A stretch of DNA of 64,000 nt from an uncultured Gammaproteobacteria bacterium (GTDB taxonomy: Bacteria; Patescibacteriota; Patescibacteriia; Patescibacteriales; WJLG01): the NCBI GenBank assembly GCA_964395625.1, contig CAYNAR010000004.1, positions 8,310-72,309 of the forward strand, written 5' to 3'. The notes under the pieces were generated by a model, which saw only the letters and a list, made by a program, of their open reading frames with translations, was not told where the DNA came from and searched no databases. Position 1 is the stretch's first letter. Every line of letters begins with the position of its first letter. The position numbers and the translations under genes were made by a program. Below are positions 44,153-50,486 of the stretch, piece by piece.

Positions 44153-45121
44153 ATGATAAGAAAAAAAGCGTTTTTAGTATTAATGTCTGTTTGTTTGTTT
44201 TTGGGATGTCGCCCGGTTTTAGCTGACGACGATTCCGAGATTTTGCTTATACTAGATACGCCACCGAACTCTCCAGCCATTAGTACTGAAATGGAAAAAG
44301 GAGACCTTGTTGAATATCAAATAAGAATAAAGAACGCATATCAGACACAGGGAAAAGTCGGCTTGTATCCCATAATCTATGAAGTCGACAAAAACGGCAT
44401 GTATACGTTCTATGACAGTAAAGACCTTACTTCCGACGAGGCGCTTTCAAGATGGATAAGCTTCCCTCGCGGGCCGATAGAATTGAATCAGGGCGATGAG
44501 GTGATCCATAAATTAGAGATAAGACCTTCGCCAGATGCTAAAGAGGGCGATTACAGAGCTGTTGTGGTTTTGGGACAAGGCTCGACGCAGTCCGGAGCGG
44601 CCGAGGCTGCACAAAAATACAACGTTCCGACCATTAATATCAATATTAAGATAAAATCGCACACGATAGAGCGGGTCGAGGTATCCGGGCTGGGTCCAGC
44701 TACGCCAATACTGACAAAGTCCCCGCTAGAATTCGTTTTAAAGGTGAAAAATATCGGCAATGTGCCCACTGTGCCACGTGGAGAATTGGTTCTTTATACT
44801 AAGAATGGAAAAGAATTAGCTTCGGCGACGCTCGATGGTTCACAGGTTATGCCCGAAGAGGTCAAATCTTTTCCGATAAAAGTGGAGTATATCGGTTCAC
44901 CGGGAAAGTATAAGGCTAAATTCATCGGTCAGTACGGTGCGGATAATAAGGACTTGCAGGATCTGATTTATTTTTTATATCTACCGGTAGTCGTCCTGGT
45001 CATAATCGTCGTATTGATATTGTTTGTGTTGATTTGGTTAACTATAGTGATAGGAAGAAGAAGGCAGCGGTCCGATAAACAAGGTGATGAGAGGGGGTAT
45101 GTAATAAATTTAAGAAAATAA
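44153..45121 (+). CDS. DUF916/DUF3324-like surface protein, paralog 2 (divergent), with C-terminal TM anchor
   Basis: Start preferred at ATG 44153 ('MIRKKAFLVLMSVCLFLGC'). 'IRPSPDAKEGDYRAVVVLG' and 'KNIGNVPTVPRGELVLYT'. TM 'VVVLVIIVVLILFVLIWLTIVIG' followed by RRRQR. Confidence 0.75.
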   Translation: MIRKKAFLVLMSVCLFLGCRPVLADDDSEILLILDTPPNSPAISTEMEKGDLVEYQIRIKNAYQTQGKVGLYPIIYEVDKNGMYTFYDSKDLTSDEALSRWISFPRGPIELNQGDEVIHKLEIRPSPDAKEGDYRAVVVLGQGSTQSGAAEAAQKYNVPTININIKIKSHTIERVEVSGLGPATPILTKSPLEFVLKVKNIGNVPTVPRGELVLYTKNGKELASATLDGSQVMPEEVKSFPIKVEYIGSPGKYKAKFIGQYGADNKDLQDLIYFLYLPVVVLVIIVVLILFVLIWLTIVIGRRRQRSDKQGDERGYVINLRK

Positions 45122-46185
45122 TGAAAAAAGTATTGTTGGTTAGTTTGCTTATATTGATTTTTTTTCCGATATCCGGTGTCTTAGCGCAAGGAAGTTCTTT
45201 GGCTTTGACGGTTACCCCTCCATTGATAAATGTGAACCTATCTCCCGGTCAGGAAATAGCGATGGAGGTCACGATCGTTAACAATAATAGTCAATCGTTA
45301 AAGGTCTATATAGAGGCTGTCGATTTTCAGGACAAAGGAAATGGGATAGAATTTTTGCGCGACCAAGGTGCTCTAGGTGATCCGAATGCCGAGAATATGT
45401 ATTTAAGTAAATGGATAACCTTGTCTAAAGACGAGGTGGAGATTGGTCCGTACAAGGCGGAAAAAATCCCTTATGTCATAAGCGTTCCTCAGGGTGCTAA
45501 TCCGGGAGGGCATTATGCCGCTTTATTGATAGGTCCAGGCGCTCCTGACAAAAAAGAGGAGGGCTCGGTTGTAAAGGTGACATCCAAGATATCCTCGTTG
45601 ATATTGGCAAAAGTCGAGGGACAAGTCGACGAAAGAGGTTCGATTAGGGAATTCGTGCCCGTCAAGAGGTTTTCCGATAAAGCGGATACGGGATTTAATG
45701 TTCGTTTTGAGAATTTGGGTAATATACATCTGCGTCCACAGGGTGTCATTAAAGTCTATGATGTTTTCGGTAAGCAAAAGGGTGGTGATATAGAGTTTAA
45801 TTATAAAAAAGATTATGGCAACGTCCTTCCCGGTGGGGATCGTGAGTGGAAAGATATAGCTTGGCGCGATGACGACTTCATTTTGATCGGTAGGTATAAA
45901 GCCGAGTTAGTCGTATCTTTCGGTGACAAGATTAAGCAGACGGATAATAGATATGCTTTCTTTTGGGTGATAAATTGGAAACCATTGATCGTGATTTTCA
46001 TAGTATTAGTCGTTTTTATTGCCGGGTTGTTCGTTTTTGTGAAGTTCTATATCAGACAGTCAGTTAGGAGTATACAAAGGGAGTTCGGCGCTTTTCCACA
46101 AAAAAGATCTGTTAGTAGGAAACGTTTTACTATTCCTAAGCGTAATGGTACGGTAGATTTGAGAAAAATAAAAAAAGATGAGTGA
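45121..46185 (+). CDS. DUF916/DUF3324-like surface protein, paralog 3, with C-terminal TM anchor
   Basis: Signal 'VLLVSLLILIFFPISGVLAQG'. 'SVPQGANPGGHYAALLIG', 'SLILAKVEGQVDERGSIREF' and 'ENLGNIHLRPQGVIKVYD'. TM 'LIVIFIVLVVFIAGLFVFV'. Confidence 0.8.
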   Translation: MKKVLLVSLLILIFFPISGVLAQGSSLALTVTPPLINVNLSPGQEIAMEVTIVNNNSQSLKVYIEAVDFQDKGNGIEFLRDQGALGDPNAENMYLSKWITLSKDEVEIGPYKAEKIPYVISVPQGANPGGHYAALLIGPGAPDKKEEGSVVKVTSKISSLILAKVEGQVDERGSIREFVPVKRFSDKADTGFNVRFENLGNIHLRPQGVIKVYDVFGKQKGGDIEFNYKKDYGNVLPGGDREWKDIAWRDDDFILIGRYKAELVVSFGDKIKQTDNRYAFFWVINWKPLIVIFIVLVVFIAGLFVFVKFYIRQSVRSIQREFGAFPQKRSVSRKRFTIPKRNGTVDLRKIKKDE

Positions 46186-47110
46186 CATATTGGATCTAAG
46201 AAAGAAGATAGAAGTTCGCCATCAGACAAATGATGAGGATTTTTTTGTCGCCAAGGAATTTTGCGAGCGCCAGCGTCAATTGCCGCTCAAGAAGGGTAAA
46301 AATGGATTTTGGAGAGTTTCCATTATAATGCTTTCGGCTATAGCTTTGACGACTGTCGGTATAAAGGCGAGCGATAAATTGTGGAGTGGTGATAAAGATG
46401 GCGAGGATTCTCTTTGCCCGAGTGGTATGGTTTTTGTGTCTTCTCCAAGTGGAGGTTTTTGTATAGACAGATATGAGGTTTCAGCTGGAATGGCTTGTGA
46501 GTATCTTTCGCCGGCCAATCAGGGTGAGACTTTAAAAAATATAGAGAATCCGGATTGTCAGCCGATATCCGATGTCGGGAGATTGCCTTGGAGTAATATT
46601 TCCCAGAATCAGGCGGCTTTGGTGTGTGCCAAGGTCGGCAAACGTTTGCCGACTAGCGAAGAATGGATGAGGGCGGCATTGGGAACTCCGGACAAGAACC
46701 GTGGTTGGAATGATGAGGATTGCCAAGTTTCCAGTAATTGGAAGTCTCAACCGGGGTCTTCCGGGAGTGCCGGTAAGTGCGTATCGGGAGTGGGTGCTTA
46801 TGATATGATTGGCAATGTCTGGGAGTGGGTTGATGGTGTCGTTACGGATGGTGCTATAGATGGCAATGCTTTGCCGGCCGAAGGATATGTGAAGGGGTAT
46901 GACAATTCAGGCTTCCCGATAGACACGGATTCAGAGATGGGGGATGAGAATTATTATTATGATTATTTTTGGTTAAAAAAGAGCGGTGCTCGCGGTATAG
47001 CTCGCGGCGGGTACTGGGGTAATGGAGCGGAAGCGGGCCAATATTCTTTATACATAGTGACTGAGCCGTCTTATGCCGGAATAGGCGTCGGCTTTCGTTG
47101 TGTCAAATAA
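46178..47110 (+). CDS. Membrane-anchored FGE-sulfatase/SUMF1-fold protein, paralog A (probably not a true formylglycine-generating enzyme)
   Basis: TM 'VSIIMLSAIALTTVGI'. 'GGFCIDRYEVS', 'LPWSNISQNQAALVCAKVGKRLPTSEEW', 'YDMIGNVWEWV', 'ARGGYWGNG' and 'GVGFRCVK'. Confidence 0.8.
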   Translation: MSDILDLRKKIEVRHQTNDEDFFVAKEFCERQRQLPLKKGKNGFWRVSIIMLSAIALTTVGIKASDKLWSGDKDGEDSLCPSGMVFVSSPSGGFCIDRYEVSAGMACEYLSPANQGETLKNIENPDCQPISDVGRLPWSNISQNQAALVCAKVGKRLPTSEEWMRAALGTPDKNRGWNDEDCQVSSNWKSQPGSSGSAGKCVSGVGAYDMIGNVWEWVDGVVTDGAIDGNALPAEGYVKGYDNSGFPIDTDSEMGDENYYYDYFWLKKSGARGIARGGYWGNGAEAGQYSLYIVTEPSYAGIGVGFRCVK

Positions 47111-47116
47111 TTTTAA

Positions 47117-47971
47117 ATGTTTGGAAAAGCTTTAAAATTCGCTTTAGTGATTGTGCTGTCCGTTTTTTTGGTTTCAATCACGGTAGACGCGGCTGATCAT
47201 CGCGGTGATTTTAGTAAGTCGATAATAGGTCGTGTCTTGGCAGGCAAAGAAAGTGGTCCTTGTCCGGAAGGGATGGTTTTGGTAGAGGATGATAAGGGTG
47301 GTTTTTGTATAGACCAATACGAAGTTTCGGCCAACGAAAAATGTCCATATGTCGACCCGTCCAACGAAAAAGAGAGCGCCTTGAATTTGAACGACCCGGA
47401 GTGTCTTCCAGTCTCTGTCGTCGGGGAAATCCCTTGGCGTAATTTGACGCAGATACAGGCGGTGAATCTTTGCGCTAAGGCCGGTAAACGTTTACCGACT
47501 AGCGAAGAGTGGTTTGCGGCCTCTCTTGGCACGCCCGACAAGGATAGGGGGTGGGGAAAAGACGATTGCCAAGTTTCTAGTAATTGGTCTGCGCAACCAG
47601 GTCCTTCCGGAACAGCTTCTAATTGCGTGTCCTATGCCGGAGCCTATGATATGGTCGGTAACGTTTGGGAGTGGGTAAAGGGCGATATTACGGATGGGGT
47701 GTATAAAGACGTGCAAATGCCTTCCGACGGCTACATAAAGGCTGTTAGTGCCGATGGCCTTCCACTGGAGACAGATCCTGATAATCCGGTCGAGAGTTAT
47801 AACGGCGATTATCTTTGGCTTAAGAAGGGTGGCGCTAGAGGTGTCGCTCGAGGCGGATATTGGGCCAACAAAGGAGAGGCCGGCCAATATTCCTTTTACG
47901 CGGTCACAGAACCGACGTTTTCCGGTACCGGTGTGGGTTTTCGTTGTGTCAAAGACGCTTTAAGTAGATAA
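47117..47971 (+). CDS. Membrane-anchored FGE-sulfatase/SUMF1-fold protein, paralog B
   Basis: Signal/anchor 'FALVIVLSVFLVSITV'. 'GGFCIDQYEVS', 'IPWRNLTQIQAVNLCAKAGKRLPTSEEW', 'YDMVGNVWEWV', 'ARGGYWANK' and 'GVGFRCVK'. Collinear with paralog A. Confidence 0.8.
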   Translation: MFGKALKFALVIVLSVFLVSITVDAADHRGDFSKSIIGRVLAGKESGPCPEGMVLVEDDKGGFCIDQYEVSANEKCPYVDPSNEKESALNLNDPECLPVSVVGEIPWRNLTQIQAVNLCAKAGKRLPTSEEWFAASLGTPDKDRGWGKDDCQVSSNWSAQPGPSGTASNCVSYAGAYDMVGNVWEWVKGDITDGVYKDVQMPSDGYIKAVSADGLPLETDPDNPVESYNGDYLWLKKGGARGVARGGYWANKGEAGQYSFYAVTEPTFSGTGVGFRCVKDALSR

Positions 47972-47979
47972 AATTTTTT

Positions 47980-48399
47980 ATGATAAGATTTTTTAAAAAA
48001 GTCATCCGCAATTTGAAGGTTTGCTGTATTATACTTTCCGTCTCTTCCGTTTTTTTATTTATGATTCTACACCCGATAAAGCCGGTTTTCTTTTTGGGCG
48101 ACAAACTTAGTGCGGCTGTCGGTGTCTCTAATTCTGCCTCGGTGCCGTTTAATCCCATAAATAAATTGGCGCTACAACTAGAGGAGAAGGATAAGATGCT
48201 TCAAGAAAAGGAAAGATTTTTAGACGAAAGGGCTTTGACATTGGAAAGAGAGAATAGCGTATTGAAAAATCGTTTGTTGTTGGCAGTTTTAGTGGCTATC
48301 GCCTCTTTATTTTTTATGCTTTTAGCTAATTTTTATTTCGACCATAAGCGCGATAAAGAGCTTAAGCGAGTGGAGAGTGAGAAGAAAGTTTTAGGATAA
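47980..48399 (+). CDS. Small TM / coiled-coil / TM protein, hypothetical
   Basis: Hydrophobic 'VCCIILSVSSVFLFMIL'. Heptad-like 'LALQLEEKDKMLQEKERFLDERALTLERENSVLKN'. Second TM 'LLLAVLVAIASLFFMLLANF'. Confidence 0.6.
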   Translation: MIRFFKKVIRNLKVCCIILSVSSVFLFMILHPIKPVFFLGDKLSAAVGVSNSASVPFNPINKLALQLEEKDKMLQEKERFLDERALTLERENSVLKNRLLLAVLVAIASLFFMLLANFYFDHKRDKELKRVESEKKVLG

Positions 48400-48411
48400 T
48401 AAAAATCGCAA

Positions 48412-50163
48412 ATGCTTAATATTTTTTTTCATAAAAAGAAGTTTATCGCGTTTTTGTTATTGATTTTAATTCTGTCTCCTCTTTCGGCGAATGCCGGTTT
48501 ATATCGTTTTTACGACCTCTTGGAAACTTCTCGACCAGCGACATCGTCTAGTCATAGCATAAATTTCATAACCCCGAAAACGATTCCTCCCGGAGGCAGG
48601 ATTGCGGTCAGTCTATCTCCGGATTTATCCATTCCGGCCGGTTTCGATTATTCCGATATCGACTTGGCGGTTGCCGCTTCTGGCACCACAACTTTTTTAG
48701 ATCGTTCCATGGCTTCTTTTTCTAATATGGTCAATGATGGCGTCTCCGTCGTATCTGGCAGTGGCGGAACGGTCGATATAGAGTTGAATTCTATGTCCGG
48801 CATCGATGCCGGCAGCTCTGTTATTTTGGATTTGGGAACTAACGCTACCTTTGGCGAAATCGGAGATGTGAGACTAGAAAATGCTCCGGTTGCCGGATCA
48901 TATCCTATCGAAGTCTATACCTATGATGCTTCTAACGAATTTTTGGATAGGGGGAAGACTTTTGTCGTAATGATTAATCCTGTTATCGTGACGACCAAGA
49001 TGCCGAAGATAAGGGGTAATGGCCTTCCGAACGGTGTTTTGGAGTCTTGGACAGTTTCCACGATTATGTCTTTGACTACGAACTATCCGGCAGATTGTCG
49101 TTATTCCACGGCATCGGGGACGGACTGGAGTCTTATGACTAGCGTCTTTTTTTCGTCGGATGATTTATATCACACCGTTCTTTTGACCGGATTGATGAGC
49201 GCCATGCATTATACTTTTTATGTTCGTTGCCGTGAGCATGGTACATTAGAGGTCGATCCGGACGATTATGTCATAGATTTTTTTATAGCCGCCAGAGGTG
49301 AGGGCACCGGAGGAGGAGAAGGCGGTGGAACCGGCACGGGAACGGGAGGTGGAACGGCCGGCGGAAGCTCTGCCGGAGGTTCTGGCGGAGGAGGAGGCAC
49401 TGGCGTTGGTAAGATGCAGAAATATCCTTTAGATGTGCCATACCCGCCAGATGTCACTTTATCAGGCTGGGCTTATCCGGCGGCCAGCATTACTGTCTTG
49501 CAGGATGATTCTAAGGTTGGTGATATAAGCGCTTTGACGGATGGAGCTTTTAATTTTGCGGTTCCTGATGTTAAAAAAGGAATGCATACATATTTGGTTT
49601 GGGCTAGAGACACCGATGGGATAAAGTCGGCTCCGCATACTGCGACTTTTTGGGTCGAGGAGAATACCCAGACTATAATTTCCAATATTTTGATTCCTCC
49701 GACGATAAGGTTGGCGGCTGATTCGGTTAATATAGGAGTCAATATAGAGGCCATGGGACAATCTATGCCAGGCAAGAAAGTCCAAATAGCAGCCTATCCT
49801 TCGGGGCAGAACAAGAGTACTGTCATTCAGGAGACTACCGCAGGGGCCAATGGGCGCTGGACGGCATCCTTTCCTACGAATGGGTGGTCTAAAGGCACTT
49901 ATAGTTTACAGGCTAGAGCTTTTCACAATGATTACGGATGGACTCTCTATGGGGAGACGGTTAGATGCGGTGTTGGAGAGGCTTTGAGTGAGGAATCTCC
50001 TTGCGCTCGTTCAGATATTAATAAAGATAGTAAAGTTAATTTGGTCGATTTTTCTATTTTGATGTATAACTGGGGATCGACCACCGAAAAATCGGATATC
50101 AACAAAGACGGCAAGATAAATTTGGTTGATTTTTCTATTATGATGTATTGCTGGACTGGATAG
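48412..50163 (+). CDS. Secreted multidomain protein with Gly-rich linker and a C-terminal dockerin-like duplicated Ca-binding repeat
   Basis: Signal 'FIAFLLLILILSPLSANA'. N-domain 'LLETSRPATSSSHSINFITPKTIPPGGRIAV...GTNATFGEIGDVRLENAPVAGSYPIEVYTYD'. Linker 'GTGGGEGGGTGTGTGGGTAGGSSAGGSGGGGGTG'. C-terminus 'DINKDSKVNLVDFSILMYNW' plus 'DINKDGKINLVDFSIMMYCW'. Confidence 0.8.
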   Translation: MLNIFFHKKKFIAFLLLILILSPLSANAGLYRFYDLLETSRPATSSSHSINFITPKTIPPGGRIAVSLSPDLSIPAGFDYSDIDLAVAASGTTTFLDRSMASFSNMVNDGVSVVSGSGGTVDIELNSMSGIDAGSSVILDLGTNATFGEIGDVRLENAPVAGSYPIEVYTYDASNEFLDRGKTFVVMINPVIVTTKMPKIRGNGLPNGVLESWTVSTIMSLTTNYPADCRYSTASGTDWSLMTSVFFSSDDLYHTVLLTGLMSAMHYTFYVRCREHGTLEVDPDDYVIDFFIAARGEGTGGGEGGGTGTGTGGGTAGGSSAGGSGGGGGTGVGKMQKYPLDVPYPPDVTLSGWAYPAASITVLQDDSKVGDISALTDGAFNFAVPDVKKGMHTYLVWARDTDGIKSAPHTATFWVEENTQTIISNILIPPTIRLAADSVNIGVNIEAMGQSMPGKKVQIAAYPSGQNKSTVIQETTAGANGRWTASFPTNGWSKGTYSLQARAFHNDYGWTLYGETVRCGVGEALSEESPCARSDINKDSKVNLVDFSILMYNWGSTTEKSDINKDGKINLVDFSIMMYCWTG

Positions 50164-50192
50164 AGCACGAACTATAAATTATTTTCTTTATG

Positions 50193-50270
50193 TTTCATTC
50201 CCGCGGAGACGGGAATCCAGAGCACTTGTTTGTCGTGGCAAGCTTGGATTTCTGTCTTCGCTGAAATGAT
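50193..50270. repeat. REP/MITE-like palindromic element
   Basis: Arm 1 'tcattcccgcggagacgggaatccag' (50195-50220) is itself a hairpin, ATTCCCG-N6-CGGGAAT. Arm 2 'cttggatttctgtcttcgctgaaatga' (50243-50269) is a decayed inverted copy, matching at about 21 of 26 positions with mostly transition differences. Confidence 0.55.
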
Positions 50271-50342
50271 ATTGTTTTAGCGATAAAAATAAGCCGCAAA
50301 AGCGTTGACGGCCTGTTTTTTGTATTTAAAAAATAAAATTAT

Positions 50343-50352
50343 CTGTGGATAA
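50343..50352 (-). promoter_or_regulatory. Perfect DnaA-box-like motif TTATCCACAG (copy 3 of 3, minus strand)
   Basis: The plus strand reads CTGTGGATAA. It lies in the AT-rich spacer 135 nt upstream of the giant ORF3 start. Confidence 0.35.
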
Positions 50353-50457
50353 GTCGTTTTTGGTTGTAGTGTTTTTTATTGTTTTTATTTTAGCTTTTAT
50401 TAGGATAAAAAATAAGCATATTTTTTATTTTATTGTATACTCCTTTATGTGTTTTTG

Positions 50458-50466
50458 TGCTATTAT
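50458..50466 (+). promoter_or_regulatory. Candidate extended -10 promoter for giant ORF3
   Basis: TGcTATTAT (50458-50466), 20 nt before ATG 50487. No SD. Confidence 0.3.
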
Positions 50467-50486
50467 TAAAGTATCACCAATACATA

